DNA from: Heterodontus francisci | Lineage: Eukaryota | Length of the DNA: 64,000 nt | NCBI RefSeq assembly: GCF_036365525.1 | Contig: NC_090378.1 | Span: forward strand, 120,451,593 to 120,515,592 | Direction of reading: 5' to 3' | Shown: positions 1 to 15,000 of the stretch, piece by piece | Layout: each line of letters opens with the position of its first letter | Numbering within the stretch: the first letter of the stretch is position 1 | The notes under the pieces: model-generated | The model's input: the letters and a program-made list of their open reading frames with translations, nothing else | The model's database searches: none | What the model was told of the DNA's origin: nothing | Position numbers and translations under genes: made by a program

Positions 1-3000
1 GACTGTGTGTCCATTGTTATATATTATATATTATTGTGGGATGTGTCAGTACAGGAGGTGGGACCGTGTGTCCATTATTATATATAACTGTGGGATGTGT
101 CAGTACAGGAGGTGGGACAGTGTGTCCATTATTATATATTATATATAAATGTGGGATGTGTCATTGCAGGTGGTGGGACCGTGTGTCCGTTATTATATAT
201 TATATATAAATGTGGGATGTGTCATTGCAGGTGGTGGGACTGTGTGTCTGTTATTATATATTATATCTAACTGTGGGACATGTCACTACAGGAGGTGGGA
301 CTGTGTGTTTATTTTTATATATTATATCTAACTTTGGGACGTGTCAGTACCAGAGGTGGGACTGTGTGTCCATTATTATATATAACTGTGGGATGTGTCA
401 GTACAGGAGGTAGGACAGTGTTTCCATTATTATATATTATATATAAATGTGGGATGTGTCATTGCAGGTGGTGGGTCTGTGTGTCCGTTATTTTATATTA
501 TATCTAACTGTGGGATGTGTCAATACAGGAGGTGGGACTTTGTGTCTATTATTATTTATTATATATAACTGTGGGATGTTTCAGTACCGGAGGTGGGACT
601 GTGTGTCCATTATCATATATTATATATAATTGTGGGATGTGTCAGTACAGGAGGTGGGACTGTGTGTCCATTATTATATATTATATATAACTGTGGGATG
701 TGTCAGTACCGGAGGTGGGACTGTGTGTCCATTATCATATATTATATATAATTGTGGGATGTGTCAGTGCAGGAGGTGGGACTGTGTGTCCATTAATATA
801 TATTATATATAACTGTAGGATGTGTTAGTACAGGAGGTGGGACTGTGTTTCCATTATTATTTATTATATATAACTGTGGGATGTGTCAGGACACGAGGTG
901 GGACTGTGTTTCCATTATTATTTGTTATATATAATTGTGGGATGTGTCAGTACAGGAGGTGGGACGGTGTGTCCATTATTATATGTTATATATACCTGTG
1001 GGATGTGTCAGTACAGGAGGTGGGACTGTGTGTCAATTATTATTTATTATATATAACTGTGGGACGTGTCAGTGCAGGAGGTGGGACTGTGTGTCCATTA
1101 TTATATATTATATATGATTGTGGGATGTGTCAGTACAGGAGGTGGGACTGTGTGTCCATTATTATATATAACTGTGGGATGTGTCAGTACTGGAGGTGGG
1201 ACAGTGTGTCCATTATTATTTATTATATATAACTCTGGGATGTGTCAGTACAGGAGGTGGGACTGTGTATCCATTGTTATACATTATATATTACTGTGGG
1301 ATGTGTCAGTGCAGGAGGTGGGACTGTGTTTCCATTATTATTTATTATATATAACTCTGGGATGTGTCAGTACAGGAGGTGGGACGGTGTGTCCATTATT
1401 ATATGTTATATATACCTGTGGGATGTGTCAGTACAGGAGGTGGGACTGTGTGTCAATTATTATTTATTATATATAACTGTGGGACGTGTCAGTGCAGGAG
1501 GTGGGACTGTGTGTCCATTATTATATATTATATATGATTGTGGGATGTGTCAGTACAGGAGGTGGGACTGTGTGTCCATTATTATATATAACTCTGGGAT
1601 GTGTCAGTACTGGAGGTGGGACAGTGTGTCCATTATTATTTATTATATATAACTCTGGGATGTGTCAGTACAGGAGGTGGGACTGTGTATCCATTGTTAT
1701 ACATTATATATTACTGTGGGATGTGTCAGTGCAGGAGGTGGGACTGTGTTTCCATTATTATTTATTATATATAACTCTGGGATGTGTCAGTACAGGAGGT
1801 GGGACTGTGTGTCCATTGTTATATGTTATATATTATTGTGGGATGTGTCAGGGCAGGAGGTGGGACTATGTGTCCATTATTATATATAACTGTGGGATGT
1901 GTCAGTACAGGAGGTGGGACTGTGTGTCCATTATTATATATAACTGTGGGATGTGTCAGTACAGGAGGTGGGACTGTGTGTCCATTATTATTTATTATAT
2001 ATAACTCTGGGATGTGTCAGTACAGGAGGTGGGACTGTGTGTCCATTATTATATATAACTGTGGGATGTGTCAGTACAGGAGGTGGGACTGTGTGTCCAT
2101 TATTATATATAACTGTGGGAAGTGTCAGTCCAGGAGGTGGGACTGTGTGTCCATTATTATATATAACTGTGGGATGTGTCAGTACAGGAGGTGGGACTGT
2201 GTGTCCATTATTATTTATTATATATATCTCTGGGATGTGTCAGTACAGGAGGTGCGACTGTGTGTCCATTATTATATATTATATATAACTGTGGGATGTG
2301 TCAGTACAGTAGGTGGGACTGTGTGTCTATGAGTATATATTATATATTATTGTGGGACGTGTCAGTACCGGAGTTTGGACTGTGTGTCCATTATTATAAA
2401 TTATATATAACTGTGGGACATGTCACTACAGGAGGTGGGACTGTGTGTCCATTATTATATATTATATCTAACTGTGGGATGTGTCAGTACAGGAGGTAGG
2501 ACAGTGTGTCCATTATTAAATATTATATATAACTGTGGGACGTGTCAGTACAGGAGGTGGGACAGTGTGTCCATTAATATATATTATATATAACTGGAGG
2601 ATGTGTTAGTACAGGAGGTGGGACTGTGTTTCCATTATTATTTATGATATATAACTGTGGGATGTGTCAGGACAGGAGGTGGGACTGTGTTTCCATTATT
2701 ATTTGTTATATATAATTGTGGGATGTGTCAGTACAGGAGGTGGGACTGTGTGTCCATTATTATATGTTATATATAACTGTGGGATGTGTCAGTACAGGAG
2801 GTGGGACTGTGTGTCAATTATTATTTATTATATATAACTGTGGGACGTGTCAGTACAGGAGGTGGGACTGTGTGTCCATTATTATATATTATATATGATT
2901 GTGGGATGTGTCAGTACAGGAGGTGGGACTGTGTGTCCATTATTATATATAACTGTGGGATGTGTCAGTACAGGAGGTGGGACTGTGTGTCCATTATTAT

Positions 3001-6000
3001 TTATTATATATAACTCTGGGATGTGTCAGTACAGGAGGTGGGACTGTGTATCCATTGTTATATATTATATATTATTGTGGGATGTGTCAGTGCAGGAGGT
3101 GGGACTGTGTGTCCATTATTATATATAACTATGGGATGCGTCAGTACAGGAGGTGGGACTGTGTGTCCATTATTATTTATTATATATAACTGTGGGATGT
3201 GTCAGTACAGGAGGTGGGACTGTGTGTCCATTATTATATATAACTGTGGGATGTGTCAGTACAGGAGGTGGGACTGTGTGTCCATTATTATAGATAACTG
3301 TGGGATGTGTCAGTACAGGAGGTGGGACTGTGTGTCCATTATTATTTATTATATATAACTCTGGGATGTGTCAGTACAGGAGGTGCGACTGTGTGTCCAT
3401 TATTATATATTATATATAACTGTGGGATGTGTCAGTACAGTAGGTGGGACTGTGTGTCTATGAGTATATATTATATATTATTGTGGGACGTGTCAGTACC
3501 GGAGTTTGGACTGTGTGTCCATTATTATAAATTATATATAACTGTGGGACATGTCACTACAGGAGGTGGGACTGTGTGTCCATTATTATATATTATATCT
3601 AACTGTGGGATGTGTAAGTACAGGAGGTAGGACAGTGTGTCCATTATTATCTATAATATATAACTGTGGGATGTGTCAGTACAGGAGGTGGGACAGTGTG
3701 TCCATTATTATATATTATATAAAACTGTGGGATGTGTCAGTGCAGGAAGTGGGACAGTGTGTCCATTATTTTATATTATATATAACTGTGGGATGTGTCA
3801 GTACAGGAGGTGGGACTGTGTGTCCATTATTATATATTAGATATAACTGTGGGATGTGTCAGTGCAGGAAGTGGGACTGTGTGTCCATTATTAAATATTA
3901 TATATAACTGTGGGATGTGTCAGTACAGGAGGTGGGACTGTGTGTCCATTATTATATATTATATATAACTGTGGGATGTGTCAGTTCAGGAGGTGTGACT
4001 GTGTGTCCGTTATTATATATTATATATAACTGTGGGATGTGTCAGTACAGGAGGTGGGACTGTGTGTCCATTATTTTATATTATATATAACTGTGGGATG
4101 TGTCAGTACAGGAGGTGGGACTGTGTGTCTATTATTATATATTAGATATAACTGTGGGATGTGTCAGTGCAGGAACTGGGACTGTGTGTCCATTATTACA
4201 TATTAGATATAACTGTGGGATGTGTCATTGCAGGTGGTGGGACTGTGTGTCCGTTATTATATATTATATCTAACTGTGGGATGTGTCAGTACAGGAGGTG
4301 GGACTGTATGTCCATTATTATATATTAGATATAACTGTGGGATGTGTCAGTGCAGGAGGTGGGACCGTGTGTCCATTATTTTATATTATATATAACTGTG
4401 GGATGTGTCAGCACAGGAGGTGGGACTGTGTGTCCATTATTATATATTATATATAACTCTGGGATGTGTCAGTACAGGAGGTGGGGCTGTGTGTCCATTA
4501 TTATTTAGTATATATAACTGGGGATGTGTCAGTACAGGAGGTGGGACTGTGTGTCCATTATTATTTATTATATATAACTGTGGGATGTGTCTTTACAGGA
4601 GGTGGGACTTTGTGTCCATTATTATATATTATGTATAACTGTGGGATGTGTCAGTACAGGAGGTGGGACTTTGTGTCCATTGTTATATATGATATATAAC
4701 TGTGGTATGTATCAGAACAGTAGGTGGGCCTGTGTGTCCATTATTATATATTAAATATAACTGTGGGATGTGTCAGTACAGGAGGTGGGACTGTGTGTCC
4801 ATTATTATTTATTATATATAACTGTGGGATGTGTCAGTACAGGAGGTGGGAATGTGTGTCCATTATTATTTATTATATATAACTGTGGGATGTGTCAGTC
4901 CAGGAGGAGGGACTGTGTGTCCATTATTATATATTATATATAACTGTGGGACGTGTCAGTGCAGGAGGTGGGACTGTGTGTCCATTATTATATACTATAT
5001 ATAACTGTGGGACATGTCAGTGCAGGAGGTGGGACTGTGTGTCCAATATTATTTATTATATATAACTGTTGGATGTGTCAGTACAGGAGGTGGGACTGTG
5101 TGTCTATTATTATATATTATTTCTCACTGTGGGATGTGTCAGTACAGGAGGTGGGACTGTAAATCCATTATTATATATTATATATAACTGTGGGATGTGT
5201 CAGTACAGGAGGTGGGACTGTGTGTCCAATATTATTTATTATATATAACTGTTGGATGTGTCAGTACAGGAGGTGGGACTGTGTGTTTATTATTATATAT
5301 TATTTCTCACTGTGGGATGTGTCAGTACAGGAGGTGGGACTGTAAATCCATTATTATATATTATATATAACTGTGGGATGTGTCAGTACAGGAGGTGGGA
5401 CTGTGTGTGCATTATTATATATTATATATAACTGTGGGACGTTTCAGTGCAGGAGGTGGGACTGTGTGTCCAATATTATTTATTATATATAACTGTGGGA
5501 TGTGTCAGTACAGGAGGTGGGACTGTGAATCCATTATTATATATTATATATAACTGTGGGATGTGTCAGTACAGGATGTGAGACCGTGTGTCCATTATTA
5601 TATATTATATATAACTCTGGGATGTGTCAGTACAGGAGGTGGGACTGTGTGTCCATTATTATTTAGTATATATAACTGTGGGATGTGTCAGTACAGGAGG
5701 TGGGACTATGTGACCATTATTATTTAGTATATATAACTGTGGGAGTGTCAGTACAGGAGGTGGGACTGTGTGTCCATTATTATATATTATATATAACTCT
5801 GGGATGTGTTTGTACAGGAGGTGGGACTGTGTGTCCATTATTATATATTATATATAACTCTGGGATGTGTCAGTACAGGAGGTGGGACTATGTGACCATT
5901 ATTATTTAGTATATATAACTATGGGATGTGTCAGTACAGGAGGTGGGACTGTGTGTCCATTATTATTTATTATATATAACTGTGGGATGTGTCAGTACAG

Positions 6001-9000
6001 GAGGTGGAACTGTGTGTCCATTATTATTTATTATATATAACTGTGGGATGTGTCAAAACAGGAGGTGGGACTGTGTGACCATTATTATATATTATATATA
6101 ACTGTGGGATGTGTCAGTACAGGAGGTGGGACTGTGTGTCCATTATTTTATATTATATATAACTGTGGGATGTGTCAGTGCAGGAGGTGGGACTGTGTGT
6201 CCATTATTTTATATTATATATAACTGTGGGATGTGTCAGTACAGGAGGTGGGACTGTGTGTCCATTATTTTATATTATATATAACTGTGGGATGTGTCAG
6301 TGCAGGAAGTGGGACTGTGTGTCCATTATTATATATTAGATATAACTGTGGGATGTGTCAGTACAGGAGGTGGGACTGTGTGTGCATTATTTTATATATA
6401 TATAACTGTGGGATGTGTCAGTACAGGAGGTGCGACTGTGTGTCCATTATTATATATTATATATAACCGTGGGATGTGTCAGTACAGGAGGTGGGACTGT
6501 GCGTCCATTATTATATATTATATATAACTGTTGGATGTGTCAGTCCAGGAGGTGGGACTTTGTTTCCATTATTATTTATTTTATATAACTGTGGGAAGTG
6601 TCAGTACAGGATGTGAGACTATGTGTCCATTATTATATATTATATATAACTGTGGGATGTGTCAGTGCGGGAGGTGGGACTGTGTGTCCATTATTATATA
6701 TTATATATAACTGTTGGATGTGTCAGTCCAGGAGGTGGGACTTTGTTTCCATTATTATTTATTTTATATAACTGTGGGATGTGTCAGTACAGGATGTGAG
6801 ACTATGTGTCCATTATTATATATTATATATAACTGTGGGATGTGTCAGTGCGGGAGGTGGGACTGTGTGTCCATTATTATATATTATATATAACTCTGGG
6901 ATGTGTCAGTGCAGGAGGTGGGACTGTGTGTCCAATATTATTTATTATATATAACTGTTGGATGTGTCAGTCCAGGAGGTGGGACTTTGTTTCCATTATT
7001 ATTTATTTTATATAACTGTGGGATGTGTCAGTACAGGATGTGAGACTGTGTGTCCAATATTATTTATTATATATAACTGTTGGATGTGTCAGTCCAGGAG
7101 GTGGGACTTTGTTTCCATTATTATTTATTTTATATAACTGTGGGATGTGTCAGTGCAGGATGTGAGACTATGTGTCCATTATTATATATTATATATAACT
7201 GTGGGATGTGTCAGTGCGGGAGGTGGGACTGTGTGTCCATTATTATATATTATATATAACTCTGGGATGTGTCAGTGCAGGAGGTGGGACTGTGTGTCCA
7301 TTATTATTTATTATATATAACTGTGGGATGTGTCAGTACAGGATGTGAGACTATGTGTCCATTATTATATATTATATATAACTGTGGGATGTGTCAGTGC
7401 GGGAGGTGGGACTGTGTGTCCATTATTATATATTATATATAACTCTGGGATGTGTCAGTGCAGGAGGTGGGACTGTGTGTCCATTATTATTTATTATATA
7501 TAACTGTGGGATGTGTCAGTACAGGAGGTGGGACTGTGTGTCCATTATTATATATAACTGTGGGATGTGTCAGTACAGGAGGTGGAACTGTGTGTCCATT
7601 ATTATTTATTATATATAACTGTGGGATGTGTCAGTACAGGAGGTGGAACTGTGTGTCCATTATTATTTATTATATATAACTGTGGGATGTGTCAGTACAG
7701 GAGGTGGGACTGTGTGTCCATTATTTTATATTATATATAACTGTGGGATGTGTCAGTGCAGGAGGTGGGACTGTGTGTCCATTATTTTATATTATATATA
7801 ACTGTGGGATGTGTCAGTGCAGGAGGTGGGACTGTGTGTCCATTATTTTATATTATATATAACTGTGGGATGTGTCAGTGCAGGAGGTGGGACTGTGTGT
7901 CCATTATTTTATATTATATATAACTGTGGGATGTGTCAGTACAGGAGGTGGGACTGTGTGTCCATTATTATATATTAGATATAACTGTGGGATGTGTCAG
8001 TACAGGAGGTGGGACTGTGTGTCCATTATTATATATTATATATAACTGTGGGATGTGTCAGTACAGGATGTGAGACTGTGTGTCCAATATTATTTATTAT
8101 ATATAACTGTTGGATGTGTCAGTCCAGGAGGTGGGACTTTGTTTCCATTATTATTTATTATATAGAAATGTGGGATGTGTCAGTACAGGTTGTGAGACTG
8201 TGTGTCCATTATTATTTATTTTATATAACTGTGGGATGTGTCAGTACAGGATGTGAGACTATGTGTCCATTATTATATATTATATATAACTCTGGGATGT
8301 GTCAGTACAGGAGGTGGGACTGTGTGTCCATTATTATTTAGTATATATAACTGTGGGATGTGTCAGCACAGGAGGTGGGACTGTATGTCCATTATTATTT
8401 ATTATATATAACTGTGGGATGTGTCAGTACAGGAGGTGGGACTGTATGTCCATTATTATTTATTATATATAACTGTGGGATGTGTCATTACAGGAGGTGG
8501 GACTGTATGTCCATTATTATTTATTATATATAACTGTGGGATGTGTCATTACAGGAGGTGGGACTGTGTGTCCATTATTATTTAGTATATATAACTGTGG
8601 GATGTGTCAGTACAGGAGGTGGGACTGTATGTCCATTATTATTTATTATATATAACTGTGGGATGTGTCAGTGCAGGAGGCGGGACTGTGTGTTCATTAT
8701 TATTTAGTATATATAACTGTGGGATGTGTCAGTACAGGAGCTGGGACTGTGTGTCCATTATTATATATTATATATAACTGTGGGATGTGTCAGTACCGGA
8801 GGTGGGACTGTGTGTCCATTATTATATATTATATATAACTGTGGAATGTGTCAGTACCGGAGGTGGGACTTTGTGTCCATTGTTATATATGATATATAAC
8901 TGTGGGATGTGTCAGTACAGGAGGTGGGACTGTGTGTCCATTATTATTTATTATATATAACTGTGGGATGTGTCAGTACAGGAGGTGGGACTGTGTGTCC

Positions 9001-12000
9001 ATTATTATATATAACTGTGGGATGTGTCAGTACAGGAGGTGGGACTGTGTGTCCATTATTATAGATAACTGTGGGATGTGTCAGTACAGGAGGTGGGACT
9101 GTGTGTCCATTATTATTTATTATATATAACTCTGGGATGTGTCAGTACAGGAGGTGCGACTGTGTGTCCATTATTATATATTATATATAACTGTGGGATG
9201 TGTCAGTACAGTAGGTGGGACTGTGTGTCTATGAGTATATATTATATATTATTGTGGGACGTGTCAGTACCGGAGTTTGGACTGTGTGTCCATTATTATA
9301 AATTATATATAACTGTGGGACATGTCACTACAGGAGGTGGGACTGTGTGTCCATTATTATATATTATATCTAACTGTGGGATGTGTAAGTACAGGAGGTA
9401 GGACAGTGTGTCCATTATTATCTATAATATATAACTGTGGGATGTGTCAGTACAGGAGGTGGGACAGTGTGTCCATTATTATATATTGTATATAACTGTG
9501 GGATGTGTCAGTGCAGGAAGTGGGACAGTGTGTCCATTATTTTATATTATATATAACTGTGGGATGTGTCAGTACAGGAGGTGGGACTGTGTGTCCATTA
9601 TTATATATTAGATATAACTGTGGGATGTGTCAGTGCAGGAAGTGGGACTGTGTGTCCATTATTAAATATTATATCTAACTGTGGGATGTGTCAGTACAGG
9701 AGGTGGGACTGTGTGTCCATTATTATATATTATATATAACTGTGGGATGTGTCAGTTCAGGAGGTGTGACTGTGTGTCCGTTATTATATATTATATATAA
9801 CTGTGGGATGTGTCAGTACAGGAGGTGGGACTGTGTGTCCATTATTTTATATTATATATAACTGTGGGATGTGTCAGTACAGGAGGTGGGACTGTGTGTC
9901 CATTATTACATATTAGATATAACTGTGGGATGTGTCATTGCAGGTGGTGGGACTGTGTGTCCGTTATTATATATTATATATAACTGTGGGATGTGTCAGT
10001 ACAGGAAGTGGGACTGTATGTCCATTATTATATATTAGATATAACTGTGGGATGTGTCAGTGCAGGAGGTGGGACTGTGTGTCCATTATTACATATTAGA
10101 TAAAACTGTGGGATGTGTCATTGCAGGTGGTGGGACTGTGTGTCCGTTATTATATATTATATATAACTGTGGGATGTGTCAGTGCAGGAAGTGGGACAGT
10201 GTGTCCATTATTTTATATTATATATAACTGTGGGATGTGTCAGCACAGGAGGTGGGACTGTGTGTCCATTATTATATATTATATATAACTCTGGGATGTG
10301 TCAGTACAGGAGGTGGGGCTGTGTGTCCATTATTATTTAGTATATATAACTGGGGATGTGTCAGTACAGGAGGTGGGACTGTGTGTCCATTATTATTTAT
10401 TATATATAACTGTGGGATGTGTCATTACAGGAGGTGGGACTGTGTGTCCATTATTATATATTATGTATAACTGTGGGATGTGTCAGTACAGGAGGTGGGA
10501 CTTTGTGTCCATTGTTATATATGATATATAACTGTGGTATGTATCAGAACAGTAGGTGGGCCTGTGTGTCCATTATTATATATTAAATATAACTGTGGGA
10601 TGTGTCAGTACAGGAGGTGGGACTGTGTGTCCATTATTATTTATTATATATAACTGTGGGATGTGTCAGTACAGGAGGTGGGAATGTGTGTCCATTATTA
10701 TTTATTATATATAACTGTGGGATGTGTCAGTCCAGGAGGAGGGACTGTGTGTCCATTATTATATATTATATATAACTGTGGGACGTGTCAGTGCAGGAGG
10801 TGGGACTGTGTGTCCATTATTATATACTATATATAAAAGTGGGACATGTCAGTGCAGGAGGTGGGACTGTGTGTCCAATATTATTTATTATATATAACTG
10901 TTGGATGTGTCAGTACAGGAGGTGGGACTGTGTGTCTATTATTATATATTATTTCTCACTGTGGGATGTGTCAGTACAGGAGGTGGGACTGTAAATCCAT
11001 TATTATATATTATATATAACTGTGGGATGTGTCAGTACAGGAGGTGGGACTGTGTGTGCATTATTATATATTATATATAACTGTGGGACGTTTCAGTGCA
11101 GGAGGTGGGACTGTGTGTCCAATATTATTTATTATATATAACTGTGGGATGTGTCAGTACAGGAGGTGGGACTGTGAATCCATTATTATATATTATATAT
11201 AACTGTGGGATGTGTCAGTACAGGATGTGAGACCGTGTGTCCATTATTATATATTATATATAACTCTGGGATGTGTCAGTACAGGAGGTGGGACTGTGTG
11301 TCCATTATTATTTAGTATATATAACTGTGGGATGTGTCAGTACAGGAGGTGGGACTATGTGACCATTATTATTTAGTATATATAACTGTGGGAGTGTCAG
11401 TACAGGAGGTGGGACTGTGTGTCCATTATTATATATTATATATAACTCTGGGATGTGTCAGTACAGGAGGTGGGACTATGTGACCATTATTATTTAGTAT
11501 ATATAACTATGGGATGTGTCAGTACAGGAGGTGGGACTGTGTGTCCATTATTATTTATTATATATAACTGTGGGATGTGTCAGTACAGGAGGTGGGACTG
11601 TGTGTCCATTGTTATATATTATATATTATTGTGGGATGTGTCAGTGCAGGAGGTGGGACTGTGTGTCCATTATTACATATTAGATATAACTGTGGGATGT
11701 GTCATTGCAGGTGGTGGGACTGTGTGTCCATTATTATATATTATATATAACTGTGGGATGTGTCAGTGCAGGAAGTGGGACAGTGTGTCCATTATTTTAT
11801 ATTATATATAACTGTGGGATGTGTCAGTACAGGAGGTGGGACTGTGTGTCCATTATTATTTATTATATATAACAGTGGGATGTGTCAGTACAGGATGTGA
11901 GACTGTGTGTCCAATATTATTTATTATATATAACTGTTGGATGTGTCAGTCCAGGAGGTGGGACTTTGTTTCCATTATTATTTATTATATAGAAATGTGG

Positions 12001-15000
12001 GATGTGTCAGTACAGGTTGTGAGACTGTGTGTCCATTATTATTTATTTTATATAACTGTGGGATGTGTCAGTACAGGATGTGAGACTATGTGTCCATTAT
12101 TATATATTATATATAACTCTGGGATGTGTCAGTACAGGAGGTGGGACTGTGTGTCCATTATTATTTAGTATATATAACTGTGGGATGTGTCAGCACAGGA
12201 GGTGGGACTGTATGTCCATTATTATTTATTATATATAACTGTGGGATGTGTCATTACAGGAGGTGGGACTGTATGTCCATTATTATTTATTATATATAAC
12301 TGTGGGATGTGTCATTACAGGAGGTGGGACTGTGTGTCCATTATTATTTAGTATATATAACTGTGGGATGTGTCAGTACAGGAGGTGGGACTGTATGTCC
12401 ATTATTATTTATTATATATAACTGTGGGATGTGTCAGTGCAGGAGGTGGGACTGTGTGTCCATTATTATTTAGTATATATAACTGTGGGATGTGTCAGTA
12501 CAGGAGGTGGGACTGTATGTCCATTATTATTTATTATATATAACTGTGGGATGTGTCATTACAGGAGGTGGGACTGTGTGTCCATTATTATATATTATAT
12601 ATAACTGTGGGATGTGTCAGTACCGGAGGTGGGACTTTGTGTCCATTGTTATATATGATATATAACTGTGGGATGTGTCAGTACAGGAGGTGGGACTGTG
12701 TGTCCATTATTATTTATTATATATAACTGTGGGATGTGTCAGTACAGGAGGTGGGAATGTGTGTCCATTATTATTTATTATATATAACTGTGGGATGTGT
12801 CAGTCCAGGAGGAGGGACTGTGTGTCCATTATTATATATTATATATAACTGTGGGACGTGTCAGTACAGGAGGTGGGACTGTGTGTCTATTATTATATAT
12901 TATTTCTCACTGTGGGATGTGTCAGTACAGGAGGTGGGACTGTGAATCCATTATTATATATTATTTATAACTGTGGGATGTGTCAGTACAGGAGGTGGGA
13001 CTGTGTGTGCATTATTATATATTATATATAACTGTGGGACGTTTCAGTGCAGGAGGTGGGACTGTGTGTCCAATATTATTTATTATATATAACTGTGGGA
13101 TGTGTCAGTACAGGAGGTGGGACTGTGAATCCATTATTATATATTATATATAACTGTGGGATGTGTCAGTACAGGAGGTGGGACTGTGTGTGCATTATTA
13201 TATATTATATATAACTGTGGGACGTTTCAGTGCAGGAGGTGGGACTGTGTGTCCAATATTATTTATTATATATAACTGTGGGATGTGTCAGTACAGGAGG
13301 TGGGACTGTGAATCCATTATTATATATTATATATAACTGTGGGATGTGTCAGTACAGGATGTGAGACCGTGTGTCCATTATTATATATTATATATAACTC
13401 TGGGATGTGTCAGTACAGGAGGTGGGACTGTGTGTCCATTATTATTTAGTATATATAACTGTGGGATGTGTCAGTACAGGAGGTGGGACTATGTGACCAT
13501 TATTATTTAGTATATATAACTGTGGGAGTGTCAGTACAGGAGGTGGGACTGTGTGTCCATTATTATATATAACTATGGGATGTGTCAGTACAGGAGGTGG
13601 GACTGTGTGTCCATTATTATTTATTATATATAACTGTGGGATGTGTCAGTACAGGAGGTGGGACTGTGTGTCCATTATTATATATAACTGTGGGATGTGT
13701 CAGTACAGGAGGTGGGACTGTGTGTCCATTATTATTTATTATATATAACTGTGGGATGTGTCAGTACAGGAGGTGGGACTGTGTGTCCATTGTTATATCT
13801 TATATATTATTGTGGGATGTGTCAGTGCAGGAGGTGGGACTGTGTGTCCATTATTACATATTAGATATAACTGTGGGATGTGTCATTGCAGGTGGTGGGA
13901 CTGTGTGTCCATTATTATATATTATATATAACTGTGGGATGTGTCAGTGCAGGAAGTGGGACAGTGTGTGCATTATTTTATATATATATAACTGTGGGAT
14001 CTGTCAGTGCAGGAAGTGGGACTGTGTGTCCATTATTTTATATTATATATAACTGTGGGATGTGTCAGTGCAGGAGGTGGGATTGTGTGTCCATTATTAT
14101 TTATTATATATAACAGTGGGATGTGTCAGTACAGGATGTGAGACTGTGTGTCCAATATTATTTATTATATATAACTGTTGGATGTGTCAGTCCAGGAGGT
14201 GGGACTTTGTTTCCATTATTATTTATTATATAGAAATGTGGGATGTGTCAGTACAGGATGTGAGACTGTGTGTCCATTATTATTTATTTTATATAACTGT
14301 GGGATGTGTCAGTACAGGATGTGAGACTGTTTGTCCATTATTATTTATTTTATATAACTGTGGGATGTGTCAGTACAGGATGTGAGACTATGTGTCCATT
14401 ATTATATATTATATATAACTCTGGGATGTGTCAGTACAGGAGGTGGGACTGTGTGTCCATTATTATTTAGTATATATAACTGTGGGATGTGTCAGTACAG
14501 GAGGTGGGACTGTATGTCCATTATTATTTATTATATATAACTGTGGGATGTGTCATTACAGGAGGTGGGACTGTATGTCCATTATTATTTATTATATATA
14601 ACTGTGGGATGTGTCATTACAGGAGGTGGGACTGTGTGTCCATTATTATTTAGTATATATAACTGTGGGATGTGTCAGTACAGGAGTGGGACTGTATGTC
14701 CATTATTATTTATTATATATAACTGTGGGATGTGTCAGTGCGGGAGGTGGGACTGTGTGTCCATTATTATTTAGTATATATAACTGTGGGATGTGTCAGT
14801 ACAGGAGGTGGGACTGTATGTCCATTATTATTTATTATATATAACTGTGGGATGTGTCATTACAGGAGGTGGGACTGTGTGTCCATTATTATATATTATA
14901 TATAACTGTGGGAAGTGTCAGTACAGGAGGTGGGACTGTGTGTCCATTATTATATATTATATATAACTGTGGGATGTGTCAGTACAGGAGGTGGGACTGT

